DNA of 63,876 nt, counting the filler, from Octopus bimaculoides (Eukaryota), in the NCBI RefSeq assembly GCF_001194135.2. It is 11 parts of 10 records of this genome, joined end to end, with 100 filler letters (N's around TTAATTAATTAA, not from the genome) between each part and the next. Parts side by side here need not be neighbours in the genome. Positions count along the whole stretch, not along the records: positions 1 to 3,489 come from NC_068992.1; positions 3,590 to 9,916 come from NC_068982.1; positions 10,017 to 31,397 come from NC_068981.1; 8 more parts are not named here. One strand, 5' to 3'. Each line of letters begins with the position of its first letter. The stretch's first letter is position 1. Shown piece by piece: positions 1-12,261 of the stretch. The position numbers and the translations under genes are program-made. The notes beneath the pieces are model-generated. The model worked only from the letters and a program-made list of their open reading frames with translations, made no database searches and was not told where the DNA came from.

Positions 1-1494
1 ATATATATGTATATATATATATATATATATACATGTACACAAACGAAAACGCCCATACTCACACTTGCACACATACATGTCCTTTATGGTTTTTTAGCGT
101 TCAAAGGAGAACTTATTTTTTCCCTTTGCGACTTGTCTGCATATAATAGACATACCTATTATCAAATATACGTTACCAGAAACATCTGAGGAAAACTGAA
201 GTCCAATTAACGAGTATTAGATTTCCATGAAAAAAAAAACAATCGCTGAAAGTGAATATTGAAACCTGTTACAGTAAATGGTAATGAGGGGAAAAAATAT
301 ATTTATTTCTAATTTTATTTGGACGATTTCGCTGCAATTAGCGTCTTGGTTTTAAACGTATAACTAGTTATCTCCACTGGAAGTTATTGAAAGCTAATTA
401 CCTGAACGTGGCATGGATATGAAACATATGGGTAATTGGAAATATAATTAAATCAGGAAGATGATTACATAAATAGATTACTATTGTATAGATTAGTAAA
501 ACGTGAGTTAAACTAATGACGCATAGATTATATATATCACTGAGGGCTAGTGCAATGATCATTCAACTTATGCTACAGATAACAACCAAATTGACTGCAT
601 TTTATATAATATTCACTTCAAGGAAAGCGAAGAAAATATTGATTGATGATTTTCTGGTTAAAAATATTTCTTTTTACTTTGCAACAGATAGGTTTTATTT
701 GATCACAAGTCAGATCGACAAGGTCTGACCAGGACCGAAACTGCATTAAAGATATATTGTAACAGCTTACATTTCGCGATGACAGTCTTCAGACAGGCAA
801 ACAATTTCGAAAGCGAAGATAAATGATTAACTAATTCGACTGTTTACACTGTAGTTAAATGTTGCTTTTGTTTTGCCACATGCTGGCCCTTGCCAAAGTG
901 ACTAATGATCAAAATTATAAACGGTATATTTGATTCTTCTTTCGTTGTTGTTTGGAGTAGTACACAGGCTGCAAGTGTACTTTTTAAGTCGTTGGATCAA
1001 AGTAATTAAGTGGGACTAGGCTGCTATTTCTAGCGATCACACAGAACAATATTGGAATGGTAGCACTAAAATCAAAGTTGGATGAGTGATGTCGATACTT
1101 TAATGAATATTGGGTGCTTGACATTCTTCAGGTCTAACGACAACTTATTCAGTTCAGGGTGGAAGCGTGGCTTACACAGAAAGTGAAAAAGAATAATCGA
1201 ATCCAGCAGAACAAATTCATCTTGGATTCGGCGAGACTTGAACTAAGAGGAAAAACAAATGCAAAAAAAAAAAACATTCATTAGAGTAATCTATCAACTC
1301 TAAAATTCATTTCTTACAAAAAAAAAAAAAATATCAACGCTTTTACCAGTGAATATGAATCATGTTTCTTCTAAAGGAAAGCGTTAGCTCCCGAATATTA
1401 GTGTTTCTGACACCCTGTTGATATAACATTACAGTAATATGTTATATCGATTTCAAAGATTGGAAAAAGACCAATAATTTCGCGAGACGTAGTA

Positions 1495-2115
1495 AGTCGT
1501 TTACATCGACACCTCTGTCCAACTGGGGGACATGTATTATCGAGGTCGAAATGATGAAACGCAAAGCTGACCGCGATGGAATTTTAACTCAGAACGTAAA
1601 GAGCGACGAAATGCTGGTAAGCACACTTCCCAGTGTGCTAACGATTCCGTCGGCCCGCCCCTTTTTTTGTTGACATAATAAAGGTTTCAGTTTTTGAGAC
1701 AAGGCCAGCAATATCGGTGGCAGGAACAAGACGATTGCATGCAGCCAAGTGCACAATTATTACTTATGTTATCGTCCCGTAAAGATGAATATCTATAACG
1801 ACCTCAGCGGAATTTTAACTCAGAGCTTAAAGAGGGACAAAATGCAGCCGAACAATTTGCACAGTGTGCTAAGTATTCCGCCAGTTCGCCGCCTTAGAAT
1901 ACATTATATTGATATGTAATTAGAGACAGCTGAAAGAATTTAAATTGATAACACCATTGATGTTTTTTTTCTTTGTTAGAAGATCCACATTAACAGAGCT
2001 GCTACATGCCAAATTCAACCTCGTCGGAGTTACAACTTTGAGCGTAAAGACAGATGAAATGCAGCCGAACAATTTGACCAGTGTGCTAACCATTCCATCA
2101 GATCGCCGCCCGCAA
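1495..2115 (-). mobile_element. Three consecutive decayed copies of SINE family A (head AAGGCGGCGAGCTGGCAGAA)
   Basis: The motif ggaattttaactcagaacgtaaag...cagtgtgctaacgattc...cgccgcc recurs three times. Confidence 0.7.
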
Positions 2116-2169
2116 ATACGAATTTTTATATTTCCTATTTTTCATATATAATTACAGCTTCGTTATCCA

Positions 2170-2830
2170 GAGTAGTTTTACTTTTTAAGAGGACAGTGTA
2201 CGATTTCATTTTGCATTTGTTTGTTATATTTCGAAGACTTGCTAGAAGGTACAGGCAATTTCACTGTCATTTCAATGTTTTAGATCTCAATAATTGGCAC
2301 ACTCTTCACCTACTTCATTTTCCATAGCCGAGCTATTTCGTACTTAAGAGAGTTGTAGTCATCAATCATTCTGACTTTCTTCTTGAATAGGTCAAAGGGC
2401 ATGCCTCATCAGATATAGAGCATATGCGGTGCATCTTGTCCACCACCACTAGGTCCGGTTTGTTATGCTGTAGCACCTAATCCGTCTGAATTGGGAAATC
2501 TCAGACGATTTTGCTAGTCTCCGACTCCACCACTCTCTGCGGTTTTTGCTCATACCACGTCTTGCCTCTCTCTAGCCCCCACTTTTCGCACTTCCTATGT
2601 AGCCCTTTCGCTATCTGATCGTGCCAACACAACTTATATTGGTTTCGGGCAAATTTTGGGCATTCGTTCGTGATATGGGCAATGGTTTGATCCACTCTAT
2701 TTCAGATACCACACAGCGGAGAACTTGCTCATTCCCGAGGTTGACTCTCCACTTCGTAGGTAAAGCTTGGTCTTACGCTTCCAGTATAGTGCTCTCAGTC
2801 CATTTTCTTAATGTTACTTTCATCAGTCAA
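2170..2830 (-). mobile_element. R4/Dong-like LINE 3' fragment (CCHC plus REL endonuclease region)
   Basis: DQTIAHITNECP...WHDQIAKGLH...WYEQKPQRVVESETSKIV*DFPIQTD...HNKPDLVVVDK, the PD-(D/E)xK endonuclease region. Decayed. Confidence 0.8.
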
Positions 2831-3489
2831 TCCCACCTATTTTTTTCCGCAATTCTGTTGTGGTTGCGTGGAATTGATTGTGTAATTATTATAATCATCA
2901 TCATCATTATCATCATAAACATGTTCATAATCATGATCATGATCATCACCATTATTAGTGACAATGATAGTTGTCATCATAATCACCATTATAAGTGGGA
3001 ATGATAGCTGTGACTTCCCTGTGATTGGAAAAAGATGTCTGTCGATTGCAGGATATAATTCTTTCATTGTTCTGTTTCTTCATCATTGTCTCACTCGTGA
3101 CTTCATATCTTAACTCTAGTTACATTTACGCAGACATCACGAATAGATGCAGTTTCTTTTATTTTTATCTTTTTCTTTAAGTCTTTTCCTTGAAACATAC
3201 ATCGAAACCGACAGGACTGATCATCGTCATTATTATTATTATCATTATTATTTTATGTTTGACTTTTGTTTTGCATTTGTACAAGTTGGATCCAAGTCTC
3301 ACCCAGAGACCTCAAGAGACAACAAGTTAGAAGTTCATGTAGGTGTTATTCCTAGGGTACCATATATTTGTATTTGTACAGTTTTGTTCAAGTGAATGTT
3401 TAAGAAACCATAAGAAAATTATGTGTTTGTTTTAAAATTTGAGATCACATAGACAGTATTTTACGTAGGATATGGGCAGTTCCCATGAG

Positions 3490-3589
3490 NNNNNNNNNNN
3501 NNNNNNNNNNNNNNNNNNNNNNNNNNNNNNNNNTTAATTAATTAANNNNNNNNNNNNNNNNNNNNNNNNNNNNNNNNNNNNNNNNNNNN
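3490..3589. other. Artificial scaffold join (44 N + TTAATTAATTAA + 44 N)
   Basis: The same linker occurs at 3534, 9961, 31442, 36961, 52037, 55258, 56956, 58262, 60596 and 62284, always centred in a 100-bp gap. Confidence 0.95.
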
Positions 3590-4879
3590 ACAATGCAATA
3601 TTCTTTTTGTTTTTCAATTGTTACATGTTATTTAATCACATGTTGCTTCAACCCATTTTGTCTGTCTTGTACTGTGAATGAAGAGTGTATGCCTTGCTAC
3701 ATGTGTAAGTGAGCTGATTGAATGTAAGTACCAGTGATCCTAAAAGAAGATCAAAAGACAATGCGGCATTCCTTTTTCATCATATCAGAGTAATTCACTG
3801 TAAACATTATTAAGATTAGAATAAAAAATATCCTCCTACCACAAAAAAAAAAAGTTTAGCTCGTCGAACACACTGCGTAGCGGTATTTCTTCCAGCTTTT
3901 TACGTTCTGGGTTCATGTCCGACCGAGGTCAGCGTTTCCTTTCATTCTTTCAGAGTCGTAAAAATAAAGTACAAGTGGAAATAAAGTACAAGTTAAATGC
4001 TGTAGTCGATATAGACTTAACCACTCCCTTCAAAATTGCAGGCTTTCTGCCGAAATTATAAAGAATTATTATGAAACAGGCTGAAGAATATAAAGGAACG
4101 GTTACTGTTGGGAGACTCAATTGTTAGAGTCAAATTCATGGTAAATTTCGTGGCGACACAGTTTAGCCGAACGGTTAAGAAGTTTAGTCCGTAACAACGT
4201 ATTCTTCGGTTCAATTACTCTGCGCATCAGAGACAAAACATCGAGGACATAACATTTTTATTTATTAATATAATGATTCGTGACAAAGTAGCGTTTATTT
4301 TGTTCTACTGAACTCATTCATTGAATTCAGTGCATTGAGGTATACGGCTAGTATATGTGTGTTTATAAAGAAACACGTTTACATATATGTGTGTGTGCAT
4401 GTGTGGAAAAGCAAGCGGGAGAACAGATATATTGATAAAATATTCGGTGTATGTATGTGTATTTTCATGAAACCGTTTATGTACATTTGAATCACGACAG
4501 AATATATCGTCTTTATTTAGTGTGCCAAGAGTAATTATCCTTGATTACGGTCAGTAAATCTCATGGTTTAACTGCTAATTGAGCTTGCATAGCAGACTCG
4601 ATTCTGTTACAATTTACACCACGTACATGCACTCACACACACACGCGCGCGCGTACGTATATACATACACATACTCATACATACACAGGCACACACGCAT
4701 ACACCCAAAATACACGCACGCATAAAAACCTCTCTCACTGTCTCGCTCTTTGTACATACATATGTGTAATGTCAGTCAGTTGGCAGAATCATATGACCCT
4801 TGGATAAATTCCCTTCGGTATTTTACCAGCTACTCTCATTGTAAGTTCGAATCCTTCCGAGTTCAAATGTACCTTTCTT

Positions 4880-5276
4880 TACTCTTTTACCTGTTTCAGT
4901 CATTTGACTGCGGCCATGCTGGAGCACCGCCTTTAGTCGAGTAAATTGACCCCAGGACTTATTCTTTGTAAGCCTAGTACTTATTCTATCGGACTCTTTT
5001 GCCGAACCACTATGTTACGGGGACGTAAACACACCAGCATCGGTTGTCAAGCGATGTTGGGGGTACAAACACAGACACTCAAACATATACACACACATAT
5101 ATATACATATATACGACGGGCTTCTTTCAGTTTCCGTCTACCAAATCCACTCACAAAGCTTTGGTTGGCCCGAGGCTATAGTAGAAGACGCTTGCCCAAG
5201 GTGCCACGCAGTGGGACTGAACCTGGAACCATGTGGCTGGTAAGCAAACTACTTACCACACAGCCACTCCTGCGCC
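4880..5276 (-). mobile_element. tRNA-derived SINE, family B (head GGCGCAGGAGTGGCTGTGTGGTAAG), full length
   Basis: A and B boxes, internal (TA/CA) tract; high identity to 59740-60129, 39763-40149 and 28620-29041. Confidence 0.85.
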
Positions 5277-5395
5277 TATATATATTACTCAAGTCGATAA
5301 ATAAATTACAATCCTAATGCGTATCGCTCTGCCTGTCTCTCTTTCCTTCTCTCTCTCTATATATATATCTCTCTCTCTCTCTATCTCTCTCTTTA

Positions 5396-5441
<46 letters not shown>

Positions 5442-7113
5442 TATTGTATGGAGGAAGTCAACTCGTGACCGCGTAAGACCACTTGCTTCCTCTTCTCAGC
5501 AAGTCCGTGCGCATGTTTGAAGAGACCAAGAAGTTCCTGTATGTAAATTTGTTTTGAGCGGGTAAAGTGTTGCACAACACTGAACCCAGTTTTCAGTGCA
5601 ATCAGCTATAAAACCAGCGACACAACAGAGGTTGAAACGATCAGAAACCAACTGCACTTATGTTCTTTTATGCGAGTCTACTTTCTTCTAGAATGAAGAT
5701 TTAACGAGAAATAAGGTTGTCCTTCACTAGGAGTGCTGAAACTGTTACGTCTTGGATGTTCCATTGTCTCAAGGATGTAAGTCTCAAGATGAACCCCCTC
5801 TCGACGTATGCTACGCCTAAAAACCATCAACGAATGGTATATGATTCATACTGATTCCAAGTTATATTTGATCGCTGGTTATACATGCAATATAGCTATG
5901 TATTTTCTGGACCCAATTCTTATTCACAACAATGAATTTTGTGATTGCACTGTACATTTAAAAATCATCAGTTATCCAAATATATCTTACTACAATCCAT
6001 TGCACATTTATTACCGAAGCTTTTATTACAATGTTGAATGTTATTTCACTGAAGGTCGGTGTATTTTTAAGCTTATAATTATGATCTAATGGAGTAAGGT
6101 ACCTTAAACAATTTTTAATGTTATTTCCCAAATATAACAAATAAGCTAATTTTATATAAAAATTCTATTCCAAAAACCGTATAAGAATTTTATCGTTTTT
6201 TTTTTTGTTATTTTAAATATATATATATATATATATANNNNNNNNNNNNNNNNNNNNNNNNNNNNNNNNNNNNNNNNNNNNNNNNNNNNNNNNNNNNNNN
6301 NNNNNNNNNNNNNNNNNNNNNNNNNNNNNNNNNNNNNNNNNNNNNNNNNNNNNNNNNNNNNNNNNNNNNNNNNNNNNNNNNNNNNNNNNNNNNNNNNNNN
6401 NNNNNNNNNNNNNNNNNNNNNNNNNNNNNNNNNNNNNNNNNNNNNNNNNNNNNNNNNNNNNNNNNNNNNNNNNNNNNNNNNNNNNNNNNNNNNNNNNNNN
6501 NNNNNNNNNNNNNNNNNNNNNNNNNNNNNNNNNNNNNNNNNNNNNNNNNNNNNNNNNNNNNNNNNNNNNNNNNNNNNNNNNNNNNNNNNNNNNNNNNNNN
6601 NNNNNNNNNNNNNNNNNNNNNNNNNNNNNNNNNNNNNNNNNNNNNNNNNNNNNNNNNNNNNNNNNNNNNNNNNNNNNNNNNNNNNNNNNNNNNNNNNNNN
6701 NNNNNNNNNNNNNNNNNNNNNNNNNNNNNNNNNNNNNNNNNNNNNNNNNNNNNNNNNNNNNNNNNNNNNNNNNNNNNNNNNNNNNNNNNNNNNNNNNNNN
6801 NNNNNNNNNNNNNNNNNNNNNNNNNNNNNNNNNNNNNNNNNNNNNNNNNNNNNNNNNNNNNNNNNNNNNNNNNNNNNNNNNNNNNNNNNNNNNNNNNNNN
6901 NNNNNNNNNNNNNNNNNNNNNNNNNNNNNNNNNNNNNNNNNNNNNNNNNNNNNNNNNNNNNNNNNNNNNNNNNNNNNNNNNNNNNNNNNNNNNNNNNNNN
7001 NNNNNNNNNNNNNNNNNNNNNNNNNNNNNNNNNNNNNNNNNNNNNNNNNNNNNNNNNNNNNNNNNNNNNNNNNNNNNNNNNNNNNNNNNNNNNNNNNNNN
7101 NNNNNNNNNNNGT

Positions 7114-7158
<45 letters not shown>

Positions 7159-8083
7159 CATATATATATATATATGCATATATATATATATGTATACATG
7201 CACACACACACACACGCACGCACATATATTTGACTTCTACATTTATACACTTATATATATTATCGTATGTTTGTTGTACATAAATATATCAAAACGTGTA
7301 CGTATGTGTATATGTGTGCCTATGTATGTGTGTATGTATGTATATATGTGTGGACGTGTTTGAAGGAGTAAGTTTGTGTCTGTATGTGCGTGTGTGCGTG
7401 CGTGCGTGTGAGCGGTTGTTGTGTGTGTGCATGTTCATGTGTGTGTGTGAGAGAGAGAAAGGGACACTTTGAAAAAGTTATATCTTGTATTCCACATTGC
7501 TTCATCTTTACTAATCAAAATTTTTAACCGTGTCAGCCATCCTCATTCGTCTAAGAATGTCGGAAAATTTTCGATAACAACAACTCTTACCTACTCTTCA
7601 CAATAACAAAACGACAACCATGCAGTGTGTAAGTTAGAAGAGCTCCAACTTTCAAGCAATGTCAGTAACAAACGTATTCTTGATTTTGTTCAACTTACTC
7701 TGTTTGTAAAGTAATATTGATGTGATTTTAGTAGAAACAAGATGGTTGCTTACTTAATAACACTGAATCATTTTCATATAATAGATGAGTCATTGAAGAG
7801 AGTGTGAAATTGTTTGTTGGATATTGAAAATTGGAACAAATAAAAGTAATAAATATAGAACAATAAAGGCTTTGTATTGTGTTATTCGTTGAAGCTAAGT
7901 TTTTAATCATTGACTCGGCGTGAAGTTTACAAAGATTTCTACCTCTACAGATACTTAAGTTGCGATAAAACTTAGATAAGACATTGCATGATGCTAGACT
8001 TAGTTAGTCTTACTGTTGAGTTCATAAATACATTATTTGTTTTTTCCTCTGAGGAAGATGTGGAGTCATAAAAACTCAAATAC

Positions 8084-8110
8084 CACGATCTGGAAATCTT
8101 CCGCCATCTT
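8084..8110 (-). other. AAGATGGCGG (YY1/Kozak overlap): candidate first coding exon MAEDFQIV of an unidentified gene
   Basis: Canonical AAGATGGCGG with ATG at 8107, eight codons, then a possible donor GTG|GTATTT at 8084/8083. No downstream exon was identified. Confidence 0.3.
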
Positions 8111-8634
8111 TGTCGACTCTTCTGTTGTTAGTTTTCTTCTGTCGTATTTTTCAAGGTCGGGGTTATGGAGATATTCATCAAAGGGTAATAACTGTTGATT
8201 TATAGATGAAGGAAATCAAATAATTTGAAGATAAATTGCAAGATCTTGATATCGCGGTGTGAGTGAAGGTTGTTATTCTAATTTGAGAGAGGCTCCTTTG
8301 GATTCGTTGCCCGACACCAAAAAAAGGTCGAGTTACTGACTTCCTCTACACTATTTGCTGGTCCTAGAATTGGGAATCTAGTCCATGATAGTATTTCAAA
8401 TTTTAAGGCGGAAGCTGGCAGGATTGTTACAGCGCCGGACAAAATTCCGCCAAGATCACCTTTGTGTTTCATCACTTTCAGTGTTGATAAAATAAGCACC
8501 AGTTGAGCATTTGTGGTCGATGTGATCGACATACCGCCTCTCCCGAAATTGCTGACTTTGTGCCAATATTTCAAAATATTATTATTATTGAAGGTAGCTC
8601 GCAGGTAGAATCATTAGCACCCCAGGCAAAAAGC

Positions 8635-8709
8635 TACTACTACTACTACTACTACTAGTAGTAGTACTACTGCTGCTGCTGCTGCTACTACTACTACTAC
8701 TACTACTAT

Positions 8710-8768
<59 letters not shown>
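8635..8768. repeat. (ACT/GCT)n trinucleotide microsatellite
   Basis: Seen directly. Confidence 0.95.
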
Positions 8769-8772
<4 letters not shown>

Positions 8773-9680
8773 AGCTTAGTCTATATCTTGTGAGGAGGAG
8801 CATCTCTCTTTCGGTGTCATTAAAATAAAGTACCATTACTGGGAGCCAAGTAATAAATTAACCCCCCCCCCCAAAAAAAAAACTGTTAACCCTGTGCCTA
8901 AATCAGAAAATATTATTTTTAAAGGAGTGATTAGTAGAAGAACTCATAAAATGCGCTGGAAATAAAAAAAAAAAAGCATCTTGCAGTATTTAGTTATGTT
9001 CCTGCCGAGGTCGATATCGCCTTCGATTCGTCCAGGATTTATTTAAAAACCGAAAAGTGTCTTTCAAGTACTGTGGTCAATTCAATCGATCCTGTCCTTC
9101 TCTAGAATTTGTGTCCATGTGCCTTTGTTAGAAAACTATTATCATCATTGTTAAGAAAACACAATAGTAAATTATTATCATCAACACTATTCAGAACTCT
9201 CTACTCTTCCTCTTCATCATCAGATATTATCATTATTATCATTATTATTATTATTATTATAAACGTTGTTGTTGTTGTTATTGTTATTATTATTATCACC
9301 TGAACCCAGTCTCCTGTTTTAGTATCAACTTGTCCGGCGTGGCCACTTACCTTCGACCATTGTGACATATTTCTATAATTATTCAGTCATGCATAAAACA
9401 TCAGAACAGTGCATCTTCTCATGCAGAAAATGGTTTATTGCTAATCAAACATCACACCTATTTGTCAAACACCTAATATTCCTTACTTTACTTACATTTT
9501 ACTTTCTCTCTTACTTCCTTCCTTCCGTAATTTCTTCTTTGCTTTCATTCTGCCCTTCACTCATTCTTTCCTTCTTGCTTTTTTCCCCATTGATCTTACT
9601 TCAAGCTCTTTCAAGCAATAACATCGATCGATTTGACACTCAAACTTTCTTTAACATTAATATTTACAGACATACATACG

Positions 9681-9712
<32 letters not shown>

Positions 9713-9803
9713 GACATACACACAGATACACACATACATTCATATACATATATACGTATTCATACATACACACGCACACATGCATACTTATATATACATA
9801 TAC

Positions 9804-9843
<40 letters not shown>

Positions 9844-9883
9844 ATCTATATATATATATATAGATATGTACATGTGTATGTAT

Positions 9884-9916
<33 letters not shown>

Positions 9917-10016
9917 NNNNNNNNNNNNNNNNNNNNNNNNNNNNNNNNNNNNNNNNNNNNTTAATTAATTAANNNNNNNNNNNNNNNNNNNNNNNNNNNN
10001 NNNNNNNNNNNNNNNN

Positions 10017-10075
<59 letters not shown>

Positions 10076-10213
10076 CACATACAAACATACATATACATGT
10101 ATATACATATATATATATACACACATTTATACAGAAGCATTTTTATATATATAAAATGTTATATACACACACATATATATATATATATGTATATATACGT
10201 GTGATTATATATA

Positions 10214-10244
<31 letters not shown>

Positions 10245-10873
10245 TACACATGAAAAGAACTTTGTAGTGTTACAAATAATACTGGAAAAAGTGGCATAGA
10301 CTGAACAAGAAAGAAATTTACAGGAAAAATGAAAATGCAGTAGAAATGTCACGCACAAGTGTGATCCCTTCGTTAGCCATTAATTGTAAGTCATTGCAAT
10401 TTTGACACATCCAATTGCGCAGTCTTTTCATTTCGCATGTAAAGTTCCTTGTTGTCCATCTATGCCACTTTTCCCAATATACATACATGTATGTGTGTAT
10501 ATGCATATGTGTGTGTATACATAGAAGCATACTAAGATGAGCATGTGTATGTATATATTTATAAATATATGAAAATATGTGCAGCTGTGTTTGTGTGTGT
10601 GTATATATATATACATGCATATACACATATATATACACACACACATAAATCTATGTGCATATATACACACACACATGTATGTATGTGCATATATACATAT
10701 ATATATATATGCATGCACACTATATTGGTACATATACACAATGTACGCACGCACACATCTACAGGTGTATAGGTTAAAAGTGAATGCAAGAGTGAAATTA
10801 GTAAACAAAAATAATCGTAAGTAGAAAACTAAAAAAAATATACATCCACACACACACACCATATATACATAAG

Positions 10874-10905
<32 letters not shown>

Positions 10906-11631
10906 NNNNNNNNNNNNNNNNNNNNNNNNNNNNNNNNNNNNNNNNNNNNNNNNNNNNNNNNNNNNNNNNNNNNNNNNNNNNNNNNNNNNNNNNNNNNNNN
11001 NNNNNNNNNNNNNNNNNNNNNNNNNNNNNNNNNNNNNNNNNNNNNNNNNNNNNNNNNNNNNNNNNNNNNNNNNNNNNNNNNNNNNNNNNNNNNNNNNNNN
11101 NNNNNNNNNNNNNNNNNNNNNNNNNNNNNNNNNNNNNNNNNNNNNNNNNNNNNNNNNNNNNNNNNNNNNNNNNNNNNNNNNNNNNNNNNNNNNNNNNNNN
11201 NNNNNNNNNNNNNNNNNNNNNNNNNNNNNNNNNNNNNNNNNNNNNNNNNNNNNNNNNNNNNNNNNNNNNNNNNNNNNNNNNNNNNNNNNNNNNNNNNNNN
11301 NNNNNNNNNNNNNNNNNNNNNNNNNNNNNNNNNNNNNNNNNNNNNNNNNNNNNNNNNNNNNNNNNNNNNNNNNNNNNNNNNNNNNNNNNNNNNNNNNNNN
11401 NNNNNNNNNNNNNNNNNNNNNNNNNNNNNNNNNNNNNNNNNNNNNNNNNNNNNNNNNNNNNNNNNNNNNNNNNNNNNNNNNNNNNNNNNNNNNNNNNNNN
11501 NNNNNNNNNNNNNNNNNNNNNNNNNNNNNNNNNNNNNNNNNNNNNNNNNNNNNNNNNAATGCTTATTACAGTGTTAATGTTTTGTCTTGTCTTTTATTAA
11601 TATAATAATAATAATATTATTATTATTATTA

Positions 11632-11662
<31 letters not shown>

Positions 11663-11876
11663 GTGATGGTGGTGTTATATGGAGTTAATGGAAACTCCAA
11701 TGAGTGTTGGATTTTGTTTGTGTTTTGGGTTCAATAACCATGAATTTTGATGAAAAATAAACCCCAGTCAACATGGTATGAAAAGTCAATTGGTAGTTAT
11801 ATTTTATTTGACGCCGTTAAATGTGGATGGCTATTTTTTAGTTTGTTTTGGGTTTTTTTTCTTTTTTTAGGTTTTT

Positions 11877-11932
11877 TTTATTGTTATTTCATCTCCAATG
11901 ATAGGAAATAAATTTCAGTAAAATTTTTTATT
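11877..11932 (-). terminator. Candidate NIPBL polyadenylation signals (AATAAA at 11932-11927 and 11882-11877)
   Basis: Two minus-strand AATAAA hexamers 330-385 nt past the stop codon, within an AU-rich 3' region. Confidence 0.4.
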
Positions 11933-12261
11933 TTTGTTTTCAAAATTTTAGCACAAAAATAATTTGTTTTACCATATTTTCAATCAGTTTGTTATCCTTT
12001 TATATATATATATTTATATATATATATATATAATTAACCATTTTGTAATTCTGCATATAACAGTGATCATTTTACAATGTTTCATGGTATTTTTAGCCTC
12101 CAATGATAGAAAATTAACCAGTCCAGAATGTATACCCCGACCCCTCCAAATCCCTCCCAACAGACAATTCCAACTCATAACCCTAACCCAAACCACTTCT
12201 GCTGTTGCTCTTGATCTCAACTATTTTAGTGATTTGCGTTCTAGTAATGAACAACAATGAA

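Noticed and set aside
725-792. Very degenerate hammerhead-like strings (CTGACCA..GAAAC on +; CTGAAGA..GAAAT on -)
   Set aside because: The core or helix II is broken; too weak to call.
6152-7250. Long ORFs of 200-357 aa containing X runs (also at about 10.9, 20.7, 35.5 and 38.4 kb)
   Set aside because: They are open only because of N gaps and microsatellites.
9362-10862. [12 protein letters not shown], poly-I and poly-S ORFs throughout the window
   Set aside because: Translations of di- and trinucleotide repeats.
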